Below are positions 8,693-16,837 of a DNA stretch of 64,000 nt, piece after piece. Position 1 is the stretch's first letter. Every line of letters starts with the position of its first letter. Origin of the DNA: Candidatus Pacearchaeota archaeon (GTDB lineage: Archaea > Nanobdellota > Nanobdellia > UBA10117 > JAFCGI01); the NCBI GenBank assembly GCA_017608235.1, contig JAFCGI010000002.1, forward strand, positions 44,425 to 108,424, written 5' to 3'. The notes beneath the pieces are model-generated. The model was not told the origin of the DNA. It made no database searches and saw only the letters and a program-made list of their open reading frames with translations. A program made the translations under genes and the position numbers.

Positions 8693-11062
8693 ATGGAAAA
8701 CATCAGCGGAAAGCAGAAATTTGCTTTACGAAAAACAATCAAAGAATTAGAAAACTATCGAGCTAGACATACTGAGCTCGTTTCTGTGTATATTCCTAAA
8801 GGTTATGCTATCATTAAAATTATTCAACAACTTCAGCAAGAACAAGGCACTGCTGAAAACATCAAGTCAAAAACCACTAAGAAAAATGTTATTAGCGCCT
8901 TGGAAAAGATGATTCAGCATCTCAGAATCTATAAAAAAACTCCTGAAAATGGTCTTGCAGTATTTTCAGGAAATGTCTCAGAAAGAGAAGGTGCTCAAGA
9001 CATAAGAGTTTGGGGAATAGAACCTCCAATGCCTCTAAACATACGTATGTATAAATGTGATCAAATATTCTATCTAGATCCACTAAAAGATATGTCCAAA
9101 CCAAAAACTGCATATGGTTTAATTGTAATGGACCGAAGAGAAGGTGACATAGCACTACTAAAAGGCAAAACTATAATCACATTATCAAGATTAAGGTCTG
9201 CTGTTCCTGGAAAATTTCGTGCAGGAGGTCAATGTTTAACTCAAGATTCTCTAGTACAAATGTCTAATGGAGATATAGTACAAATTAAAGATGTTCATAC
9301 AAATCTCAAATCTGCAGACTTTTTAAACTTTAAACACACAGATACAAAAACTATAGATAAATGGAAGACAGAAAAAAACAATATATATAAAATAATTACA
9401 AAAAATCCAAGGAACGAAATTATTTGTTCCAAAGATCACTTATTTTTTGTAAGAGAAGATAAAATCATACAAAAACCTGCTTCCGAATTAACCACTAAAG
9501 ACCATTTAATATTACCAGAAAAATTAGAAATATTTGGTAAAATTCAAAAAATTAAAACCTATTCTAATAAAAAAATAAAAACTCCTAAAATTCTAAACGA
9601 AGAATTAGCACAAATAGTAGGATATTATCTTAGTAAGGGAAATATCGATGATTCAAGAATATATTTTTCAGAAGGAAATAAAGAATTAGCAGAATACTAT
9701 CTCAATATATGCAAAAATCTATTCAGCGCAAATACAAATATAAGATTTAGAGAAAATAAAAAATATTATGAAATCAAAATATATAGCAGACCAATTGAAA
9801 AATTATTTAGAGAACAATTTCCAAAAAAACAAGGCATACCTACTAAAGTATTAAAATCTCCAAATAATGTCGTTGCTTCATTCTTAAAGGGGTTCTTTGA
9901 TGCCGAAGGATATGTTTCTAGCAGCAGAATAGCATTAGGTATAAATAATAAATTATTAGCAAAACAAATTCAACTTTTATTATTAAGATTTAGAATATTA
10001 GCATCACTTCAAGAATATAACAACAAAAGAAATCTGCATAGTAATAATCCTAGATATACTATAGTACTTTGTGGAAAAGAATCTTTCATTGAATTTCAAA
10101 AGAATATTGGTTTTTCCTTAATCAGTAAACAAAACAAATTACTAAACTTAATTAATAATAAAACAAACATTGATTACACAAGACAAATTTTAATCACAGG
10201 AAGAGAAATAAGAAAAATAATCGAAAATCATGGCTTTAAAATACATAAATTATTACCTAAGATTGCTCCAAGCGGTTTCTTTATAAATAAGAAGAACATG
10301 AGCAAACACATATTCAAAAAACAAATTCTTGATAAGGTACAAGAACATAAGCTCTTATATAAAGAACTCAAAAAAATATATAACAATCCATTTATTCCAG
10401 CTAAAATAAGTAAAATAGAAAAATACAATCAAAATACAAAAATGTTTGATATCTCTACAGAATCAGAAAATTTCATAGCAAATGGAATTTTTGTTCATAA
10501 TAGTGCAGCAAGATTCGCAAGAGTCAGAGAAAACCTAGCCAAAGATTTCTACAAAAAAATTGGCGAAGAAGCAAATAAAGAATTTGCAGAAGTAGAAGAA
10601 CTTCAAGGAATAATCATTGGCGGTCCAGGACCAACAAAAGAGGACTTTGCTCATGGAAACTTTCTAAGCACAAATATAAAAAAGAAAATCCTAGGTATAA
10701 AAAATATCTCATATACTGGAGAATTCGGACTAAAAGAGCTTGTAGATAAAAGTGAAGATCTCCTGGAAAAAGAAGATATTATTAAAGAAAAAAAGATTCT
10801 AAATAGACTATTTGAACTTCTAAGCACACAACCAAATCATGTATCTTATGGAAAAGAGGATATTAAAAAAGCCATAAAAATGGGTGCTGTTGACACACTA
10901 ATCATCTCAGAAAAGCTAGAAACCAAAGAAATAGAAGAACTAATTGATACTGCAGAAGAATTCGGTGGGGAAATAGAAATAGTCTCAGATGAAACTAGAG
11001 AAGGTGTCCAGCTATTAAGCATAGGTGGACTAGCAGCTATTCTAAGATATCCTATAACATAA
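8693..11062 (+). CDS. prf1: Peptide chain release factor aRF1, interrupted by an intein
   Basis: NIKS codon-recognition motif (TAENIKSKTTKKN); GGQ at codons 178-180 (nt 9224-9232); GGQ|intein|SAARFARVRE restores the conserved GGQSAxRFxR. The exteins total 366 aa. Confidence 0.9.
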   Translation: MENISGKQKFALRKTIKELENYRARHTELVSVYIPKGYAIIKIIQQLQQEQGTAENIKSKTTKKNVISALEKMIQHLRIYKKTPENGLAVFSGNVSEREGAQDIRVWGIEPPMPLNIRMYKCDQIFYLDPLKDMSKPKTAYGLIVMDRREGDIALLKGKTIITLSRLRSAVPGKFRAGGQCLTQDSLVQMSNGDIVQIKDVHTNLKSADFLNFKHTDTKTIDKWKTEKNNIYKIITKNPRNEIICSKDHLFFVREDKIIQKPASELTTKDHLILPEKLEIFGKIQKIKTYSNKKIKTPKILNEELAQIVGYYLSKGNIDDSRIYFSEGNKELAEYYLNICKNLFSANTNIRFRENKKYYEIKIYSRPIEKLFREQFPKKQGIPTKVLKSPNNVVASFLKGFFDAEGYVSSSRIALGINNKLLAKQIQLLLLRFRILASLQEYNNKRNLHSNNPRYTIVLCGKESFIEFQKNIGFSLISKQNKLLNLINNKTNIDYTRQILITGREIRKIIENHGFKIHKLLPKIAPSGFFINKKNMSKHIFKKQILDKVQEHKLLYKELKKIYNNPFIPAKISKIEKYNQNTKMFDISTESENFIANGIFVHNSAARFARVRENLAKDFYKKIGEEANKEFAEVEELQGIIIGGPGPTKEDFAHGNFLSTNIKKKILGIKNISYTGEFGLKELVDKSEDLLEKEDIIKEKKILNRLFELLSTQPNHVSYGKEDIKKAIKMGAVDTLIISEKLETKEIEELIDTAEEFGGEIEIVSDETREGVQLLSIGGLAAILRYPIT
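9233..10501 (+). mobile_element. Intein (423 codons) with a LAGLIDADG homing-endonuclease domain, inserted after GGQ of aRF1
   Basis: It starts with Cys (CLTQDSLVQM), has a block B-like SKDH and two LAGLIDADG-type motifs (LAQIVGYYLSKGNID; FLKGFFDAEGYVS), and ends ..NGIFVHN followed by the +1 Ser. Confidence 0.85.
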
Positions 11063-11300
11063 GCATAAGTCCCAAATAAGACTAACACTTACTAATCATT
11101 TCCTAGTAAAAGTTAATTTTTTTGGAAAAGCTTTATATACTCCAAACGAATAATATAAATTAAAACTTCTATATGAGGTGCCGGGAAAAGGCATACCTGG
11201 AGCAGCTATGGACTTCTAACTTTTTTTATTTTTATAGCAATCTTTTTATATATGCCTCGCATTCCAGTTTTAGATTTTAATTAATTTCTAAGGTGAAAAA

Positions 11301-11696
11301 ATGGCTGGTAGAAAACAAGAAGAAATAGGTTCTCTTAAGGTAGGAAGATTCATAATTCTAGATAATCAAGCCTGTAGAATCTCAGACATGCAGAAATCTG
11401 CACCAGGAAAACATGGACATGCTAAATACAGAGTTTCAGCAATAGACTTAATAACTGGACAAAAAAAAGTAATAGTAATAACAGGACATGCAAAGGTAGA
11501 TGTTCCAATAATTGATAAAAAGCCTGCTCAAGTACTATCTGTTTCCGGAAGTAATGCCCAAATAATGGATTTAGAAACATATGAAACCTTTGATGCAGAA
11601 ATCGATGATGAAGTAAAAGGCAAAGTAATAGAAAATGCAGAAGTCACTTATTGGGATATCTTAGGTAGAAAAATCATAAAACAAGTCAAAGGATAA
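11301..11696 (+). CDS. eif5a: Translation initiation factor 5A (aIF5A)
   Basis: Hypusination loop SAPGKHGHAKYR; 131 aa; AAGGTGA Shine-Dalgarno sequence upstream. Confidence 0.9.
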   Translation: MAGRKQEEIGSLKVGRFIILDNQACRISDMQKSAPGKHGHAKYRVSAIDLITGQKKVIVITGHAKVDVPIIDKKPAQVLSVSGSNAQIMDLETYETFDAEIDDEVKGKVIENAEVTYWDILGRKIIKQVKG

Positions 11697-11730
11697 CTTT
11701 TTAAACCCATAAACAAACACAAAAACAAAA

Positions 11731-11910
11731 ATGAAAGTACCTGAAGCAGAAGCAAGATTGTTTAAGAGAGTATTTGTCTGCAGAAAATGTAAAAGTAAAA
11801 TAAAAGCAGATCAATCTAAAATTAGAGCTAGAAAGATCATTTGTAGAAATAAAAAATGTAATTCTAGAGATTTTCGACCTATAAAGAAGGAAAAGAAAGT
11901 TAAAGCCTAG
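11731..11910 (+). CDS. rpl40e: Ribosomal protein L40e (below the ORF-track length cutoff)
   Basis: My translation is MKVPEAEARLFKRVFVCRKCKSKIKADQSKIRARKIICRNKKCNSRDFRPIKKEKKVKA. It has the PEAEAR-x-F N-terminus and the C-x2-C...C-x3-4-C zinc ribbon typical of L40e. Confidence 0.8.
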   Translation: MKVPEAEARLFKRVFVCRKCKSKIKADQSKIRARKIICRNKKCNSRDFRPIKKEKKVKA

Positions 11911-11977
11911 AATTAGTTAATTGAAAAAATATTTAAAACATAAAATATAATATATTAAAAAAGCAAGGAGGGCAAAA

Positions 11978-12172
11978 ATGGTAAAAAGAAAAAAAACAAA
12001 AAGAAAAGCTGCACGAAGAATGCCAGCAATGAGTTCTGACAAAAAATTAGGTGGTTTATTTATCTTAATTAGCATATTAATAGGACTGGCAAATGGCACA
12101 AACAACTATACAGCAATATTACCAATGGGCTTATTCATATTTGGAGCACTAATTTTTTTCAGTAAAAAATAA
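11978..12172 (+). CDS. Small membrane protein with a lysine-rich N-terminal leader
   Basis: MVKRKKTKRKAARR leader followed by two hydrophobic segments; AAGGAGG lies 6 nt before the ATG. Confidence 0.45.
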   Translation: MVKRKKTKRKAARRMPAMSSDKKLGGLFILISILIGLANGTNNYTAILPMGLFIFGALIFFSKK

Positions 12173-12274
12173 TCCCTTTTCATTATTTTATATTTTCTAA
12201 TTCTTCAGCAGATAGCAATTAAATAATTATTTTAAAATAAAAAGAAAAACAAAATTTTAAAAGAAAAAAATTAA

Positions 12275-12562
12275 TTATTCTGAAGTTTCCTCTCCACCAG
12301 AACTTTCTTCACTTCTAGAATCTGATTCTCCAGACTCTTCTCCTCTACTATTTGTGCTTTCATCACTCCCATCAGAATCTAATACAGAATCAGTACCTTC
12401 ATAGATATCCTCTTCTATAATTTCAGTAAACCCTTCTTCATAAAGGCCATCTTCAGTAGAATCATTACTATTTAAATCAGTCAGATCTGTTTGGTTCTCT
12501 TGAGCAGAAACAGCAACCGGTAACAACAATAAAACTAATAATATAAATATAATTTTCTTCAT
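12275..12562 (-). CDS. Secreted acidic Ser/Glu-rich protein
   Basis: Start chosen at MKKIIFILLVLLLLPVAVSA (signal peptide), preceded by GGAGGGAG 7 nt upstream. The mature part is D/E/S-rich low complexity. Confidence 0.45.
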   Translation of the reverse strand: MKKIIFILLVLLLLPVAVSAQENQTDLTDLNSNDSTEDGLYEEGFTEIIEEDIYEGTDSVLDSDGSDESTNSRGEESGESDSRSEESSGGEETSE

Positions 12563-12621
12563 TTTATAGCTCCCTCCAAGCATAATAACTACTCTTAATA
12601 AAATCCTATTATTATTTAAGA

Positions 12622-12900
12622 TCAACTTTTTACTTTTTCTTCAAGATTTTTTCTAAACTCTTCCCAAAAATCCTTTCCAGCCATAGGTATAAACCTATCC
12701 TTAACAAATCCTAAAAAATCCTCAAGATTTTCTTTTGTTAACTCAAAATCTTCCTTATTTTTATAATTTAAAAGTTGTCTAAGCTGACCATTAACAATTT
12801 GGTGATTCAACCAATTATCACCAAGATCATCCCCTATATATATTTTAGATACTCTAAGCAATTGATTGTAATTCATAGTAATCAGAATTCTTGCAATCAT
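12622..12900 (-). CDS. Hypothetical protein
   Basis: 92-aa ORF with no recognisable motif. Confidence 0.35.
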   Translation of the reverse strand: MIARILITMNYNQLLRVSKIYIGDDLGDNWLNHQIVNGQLRQLLNYKNKEDFELTKENLEDFLGFVKDRFIPMAGKDFWEEFRKNLEEKVKS

Positions 12901-12922
12901 AAATAAATAAAAAACTTTTGAA

Positions 12923-12997
12923 TGGGCCCGGCAGGATTCGAACCCACGACTCCTCGCTTAAAAGGCGAGTGCTCTAACCAGGCTGAGCTACGAGCCC
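12923..12997 (-). tRNA. tRNA-Lys (anticodon UUU), no intron
   Basis: Reverse complement folds as GGGCUCG-UA-GCUC-AGCCUGGUUA-GAGC-A-CUCGC-CUUUUAA-GCGAG-GAGUC-GUGGG-UUCGAAU-CCUGC-CGGGCCC-A. Confidence 0.9.
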
Positions 12998-13022
12998 ATA
13001 ATTAAAAATCTAAAATTCTGGC

Positions 13023-13030
13023 TTAAAAAG
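13023..13030 (-). promoter_or_regulatory. Candidate TATA box (CTTTTTAA on the minus strand) for tRNA-Lys
   Basis: It lies 26-33 nt upstream of the tRNA 5' end. Confidence 0.45.
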
Positions 13031-13054
13031 GTTTCTAATAGGTTTTTAATAGAA

Positions 13055-13237
13055 TTATTTCAAGCGTTTCCCTGCTTTCTTATTCTGCCAACCATAACTC
13101 CTTATCTTAGAATCAGGATATCCACAACTCGCACATTTTTTATGAGAAACATGATAAGTATGCTTACCACATCGTCTACATTTTATATGAGTCTTCTTAC
13201 CTGAGTGCTTTCCTTTAGAAGGAGTTCCCTTAACCAT
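13055..13237 (-). CDS. rpl37e: Ribosomal protein L37e
   Basis: [26 protein letters not shown]...CASCGYP zinc ribbon; it lies downstream of the Sm gene, as in many archaea. Confidence 0.9.
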   Translation of the reverse strand: MVKGTPSKGKHSGKKTHIKCRRCGKHTYHVSHKKCASCGYPDSKIRSYGWQNKKAGKRLK

Positions 13238-13246
13238 TTTAAGTCA

Positions 13247-13471
13247 TCAAGCTGGAGATATCAAAATTATTGTGTCTCCTCTCACAAACACTGTATTAAG
13301 CTTTCGTTTCATTTCTCCGTCTTCTCTTTCCTCTGCATCTTCCAACACAATATTTATGTGTTGATCAAATACTTTTAGTACACCAATTAATTGTTTTCTA
13401 TTTTTTAGCTCTACAATTACTCTTTTACCTTTCGCTTGATTTAATGCATCAAATGCTCTCTCAAAATCCAT
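13247..13471 (-). CDS. Sm-like archaeal protein (SmAP/LSm)
   Basis: 74 aa with Sm1/Sm2 pattern VIVELKNRKQLIGVLKVFDQHINIVLEDAEE...VFVRGDTIILI. Confidence 0.85.
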   Translation of the reverse strand: MDFERAFDALNQAKGKRVIVELKNRKQLIGVLKVFDQHINIVLEDAEEREDGEMKRKLNTVFVRGDTIILISPA

Positions 13472-13518
13472 GAGTATACACCTTAAAAAAATGAATAAAA
13501 GACACTATATAAAACTTA

Positions 13519-13854
13519 CTATATAAATCCATAGCTCACCAACACTAGAAAACCAAAGAAAAAACTCACTCCAAATATTAATTCTACTAAAAAATATCTA
13601 AAAGGAATCCCTACTTCACAATTTCTACATTTTCCCTGTAAAAAAACATAGCTTACTAAAGGAATCAAATCCCTCCACTTAAGAGTCTTCTTACACACAG
13701 GACAGTGAGATCTTGTTAAAAATACAGATTCTTTTCTAGGAACCCTATACATAACTACATTAGCAAAACTCCCTGCTATACTTCCTAATACAAAACTCCA
13801 TATAAGATACGCTAAAAAAATACTCATGTTCATAAAAGAGACTAAACGAAACAT
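13519..13854 (-). CDS. Stand-alone prepilin-peptidase N-terminal (PilD 'DiS-P-DiS') domain protein
   Basis: GSFANVVMYRVP...SHCPVCKKTLKWRDLIPLVSYVFLQGKCRNCEVGIPFRYFLVEL matches the N-terminal zinc/disulfide domain of bacterial-type PilD. No A24 aspartyl protease domain follows. Confidence 0.6.
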   Translation of the reverse strand: MFRLVSFMNMSIFLAYLIWSFVLGSIAGSFANVVMYRVPRKESVFLTRSHCPVCKKTLKWRDLIPLVSYVFLQGKCRNCEVGIPFRYFLVELIFGVSFFFGFLVLVSYGFI

Positions 13855-13883
13855 ATATAAAAGACTTTTCTTAGAATTCTCTT

Positions 13884-14261
13884 ATGTCTATTTGGAAAGG
13901 AAGATCAAAAAGAAAACCTAGTGGTGGAAGATACTGGCCATTTAGGAAGAAAAGAAAATCAGAAATAGGTAAAGATCCAGTCTACACAAAAGTTGGAGAA
14001 ACCAAAAGAAAACAAGAAAGAGTTAGATCTGGAAAGAAAATCACAAGACTTCTTAACGCTGAATTTGCAAACATAATAAAAGATAAAAAAGCTACAAAAG
14101 TCAAAATTCTAAGTGTTAAAGAAAATCCTGCAAATAGACACTTTGTAAGACAAAACATAATCACAAAAGGCGCGATCATAGAAACCGAAACTGGCTTGGC
14201 TAAAGTAACCTCTAAACCAACAAAACATGGACTAGTAAATGCTATTCCACTTAAAAAATAA
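13884..14261 (+). CDS. rps8e: Ribosomal protein S8e
   Basis: The KPSGGRYWPFRKKRKSEIG N-terminus and 125-aa length are typical of S8e. Confidence 0.9.
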   Translation: MSIWKGRSKRKPSGGRYWPFRKKRKSEIGKDPVYTKVGETKRKQERVRSGKKITRLLNAEFANIIKDKKATKVKILSVKENPANRHFVRQNIITKGAIIETETGLAKVTSKPTKHGLVNAIPLKK

Positions 14262-14353
14262 TAATTCTCAAAACACAGGTAAAAACAAAAAGTTTATAAA
14301 CATATATTATGAGCGTTTTTTAAAACTTTCGGTGGATCTGAAAGGTGATGATC

Positions 14354-15607
14354 ATGGCTATAAGAAAACTTTTAAAGAAAAAAATCAAGAAAGTTAGCCT
14401 AAAGAAAAAAACAATTTCTAAAGCTAAAAAAACTATAAGAAAGACTATAAAAGCTAAAAAAGCCGCTTCTAAGAAGACTAAAAAAGTTCTAAGACCTAAG
14501 ACTAAAAAAGTTACTAAAACTAAAAAAGCAGTAAGAAAAGTAACCAAAAAAACAAAACCCAAAACTAGAGCTAAGAAGAAAGAAAGAAGAATTTCTGTTA
14601 AAATCATAAGACCAAAAGAAACTAAGATAGCTGCTATACCAGCACCAATAATACCTGCAGCAACTATTAGCAGTGATATATCTAAAGAAAAATCATTCAT
14701 TAAAAGATGCCCAGAATGTAAAAGCATCAATCTTTCAATCGACTCCAAAAGAGGAGAAGTCATCTGTAAAAATTGTGGATTAGTTCTTGATGAAAATCTA
14801 GTAGATATAGGTCAAGAATGGCGTGAATTCAGCGGAGAAGAAATGGGTAAAAGAAGAGCTGGAGCACCACTAACAATGACCAAACATGATATGGGCACAG
14901 GAACTCAAATAGGAACTTCTGCAGAAATTTACAGCTTGCCAAGCTCACAAAGAAGAAAGATGATGAGACTAAAACAATGGCATGACAGAACATCTACTTC
15001 ACTAGAGCGAAATCTAAAATATGCTCTAGTTGAGCTAAAAAGAATTGCTTCTATCCTAAATATTCCTGTTGCAATCGAAGAAGAAGCAGCAAGAATTTAT
15101 AATCTTGCTGTAAGAAAAGGATTAGTTAGGGGAAGATCTATGGAATCTGTTGTTGTAGGTGCAATCTATATTGCCTCAAGACAATTTAATCTTCCAAGAT
15201 CATTAAATGAAATTTGTAAACTCACAGGAATCAATAAAAGAGAAGTAGGAAAAACATATAGATTTGTTGCAAGAGAACTTGGAATCAAATTACTTCCAAG
15301 CGGACCAGCAGACTATATTCCTAAATTCGCTAACAAGTTAGGATTCTCAGCATCAACACAAACAAAAGCATTAGAAATCATAAAAAAATCCAAAGAAGTT
15401 GAACTTACCTCTGGTAGAGGACCTACTGGATTAGCAGCAGCTGCTCTTTATGTCGCAAGTTTAATGACTGGAGAAAAAAGAACTCAAAGAGAAATCGCTG
15501 ATGTTGTTGGTGTAACAGAAGTAACAATAAGAAACAGATACAAAGAAATCATAGATCGTTTAGAACTAAAAGATGAATTAGAAAAACTCAAAAAAGAAAG
15601 AGAATAA
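14354..15607 (+). CDS. tfb: Transcription initiation factor IIB (TFB) with a ~115-residue lysine-rich N-terminal extension
   Basis: Zn ribbon CPECKS...CKNCGLV, B-reader/linker and two cyclin repeats. It is preceded in the same ORF by KKxxKK low complexity. The start is taken at the ATG 5 nt after GGTGA. Confidence 0.9.
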   Translation: MAIRKLLKKKIKKVSLKKKTISKAKKTIRKTIKAKKAASKKTKKVLRPKTKKVTKTKKAVRKVTKKTKPKTRAKKKERRISVKIIRPKETKIAAIPAPIIPAATISSDISKEKSFIKRCPECKSINLSIDSKRGEVICKNCGLVLDENLVDIGQEWREFSGEEMGKRRAGAPLTMTKHDMGTGTQIGTSAEIYSLPSSQRRKMMRLKQWHDRTSTSLERNLKYALVELKRIASILNIPVAIEEEAARIYNLAVRKGLVRGRSMESVVVGAIYIASRQFNLPRSLNEICKLTGINKREVGKTYRFVARELGIKLLPSGPADYIPKFANKLGFSASTQTKALEIIKKSKEVELTSGRGPTGLAAAALYVASLMTGEKRTQREIADVVGVTEVTIRNRYKEIIDRLELKDELEKLKKERE

Positions 15608-15663
15608 ATCTCTTTTTTATTCTATTCATTTTAATTCTTTCCATTTATTTTAATCCTTTATAT

Positions 15664-16788
15664 TTAAGCCTTTAAATTTTCTATAATATCTACTATATCT
15701 AAAATATCTGCATCTGTTTTGATTCCAGTCTTGCTATAATGAGTTCTAAATGCCTTAAACTTTCTTTCTCGCAAAGCCTCTAAGATCAAATCAAACTTTG
15801 GAATCTTCACTCTATAAATCTTAGCAATCTTATGAATATCAAAAAACCAAGGCTCCTTAACCTCAGATTCTAGATAAATCTGTTTAACTAATTCTTTTGT
15901 ACTATTAATCGCATAAGATCCACTCTCGCTAATAGCACTAAACATCTTTTTAGCAAGAGCTCTATCAAACAAACTGCCAAGCCAAAGCTTTCCTGCTACT
16001 TCCATTCTCTTACCGCAACACTTCTTTTCAAGTTTCTGTTTTGAAGAAAACCTATCCAAACACTTTGGACAATAATAAATATGACCAATATCATCTAGTT
16101 TAGATTTCTTAGAATCCTTAAGATAAACTCTCATATAATGATTAGAACTATGTGCATAAATCGGCCTTAAAGTTCTTCCCATCTTTAAACCAGCCTGCCG
16201 AACTTTATTTGTTAATATCCTCAAACCCGTCTCATACATAAACTCATTCCTCAAAGACAAAGAATTATACTTTCTTAGACAAGCTTTAGGATAAGTTCCG
16301 CACAAAGCAGAAGTATCTGTTGCTGTAACTCCAATAACTCCTCCAAGCCTTAACTTAGAGATAAAGTCTAGAAAACCGATCGGCGTACCAAAAGGATCTA
16401 TATCTATATAATCATACTTTTCTTTCTCAGCTAATAATTCTCTTGCACTTCTTTTAATAATTTCAATATTCCCAACCTTATTCAAATGAGCATTCTCTAT
16501 CATCAACTCAACAGCCTGCAAATTAACATCATTCAGCACAACTTTTTCTGCAGAAGTCTCATTAGCAATCCTTAATCCTCTAACTCCAGAAGCAGCTAAC
16601 AAATCCAAAGCCCTGTTTCTAAAATTCAAACTTTTTAACAATAATACAGAAACATCCCTATTTTTAACCATAACAGGATTATAGAAAACAGGCATCTTAG
16701 AATCTAAATTATATTTAGATGGATCTGGAACTTTCAACTTCAGGGATCCTTCTCTAACACTAATAGTATCAAAATCCAACTTTTCCAT
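15664..16788 (-). CDS. trm1: tRNA (guanine26-N2)-dimethyltransferase
   Basis: 374 aa with a TRM1-family N-terminus (FYNPVMVKNRD), a SAM-binding region and a Cys cluster (CPKC...CCGK). Confidence 0.9.
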   Translation of the reverse strand: MEKLDFDTISVREGSLKLKVPDPSKYNLDSKMPVFYNPVMVKNRDVSVLLLKSLNFRNRALDLLAASGVRGLRIANETSAEKVVLNDVNLQAVELMIENAHLNKVGNIEIIKRSARELLAEKEKYDYIDIDPFGTPIGFLDFISKLRLGGVIGVTATDTSALCGTYPKACLRKYNSLSLRNEFMYETGLRILTNKVRQAGLKMGRTLRPIYAHSSNHYMRVYLKDSKKSKLDDIGHIYYCPKCLDRFSSKQKLEKKCCGKRMEVAGKLWLGSLFDRALAKKMFSAISESGSYAINSTKELVKQIYLESEVKEPWFFDIHKIAKIYRVKIPKFDLILEALRERKFKAFRTHYSKTGIKTDADILDIVDIIENLKA

Positions 16789-16837
16789 TTATTATTATCC
16801 CGATAGCTATATAAATCAGTTTTGCTATATTAACAAA

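Noticed and set aside
11165-11228. Whether the GC-rich intergenic island is a C/D-box sRNA.
   Set aside because: There is no RUGAUGA C box or CUGA D box in the right positions. It is kept only as an unclassified ncRNA candidate.
14320-14763. 147-aa minus-strand ORF, F/L/V-rich and apparently multi-TM.
   Set aside because: It is the exact antisense of the AAG/AAA-rich lysine tract of TFB. Its 'hydrophobic' composition is the mirror of poly-Lys codons (TTT/CTT), and it has no independent start context.
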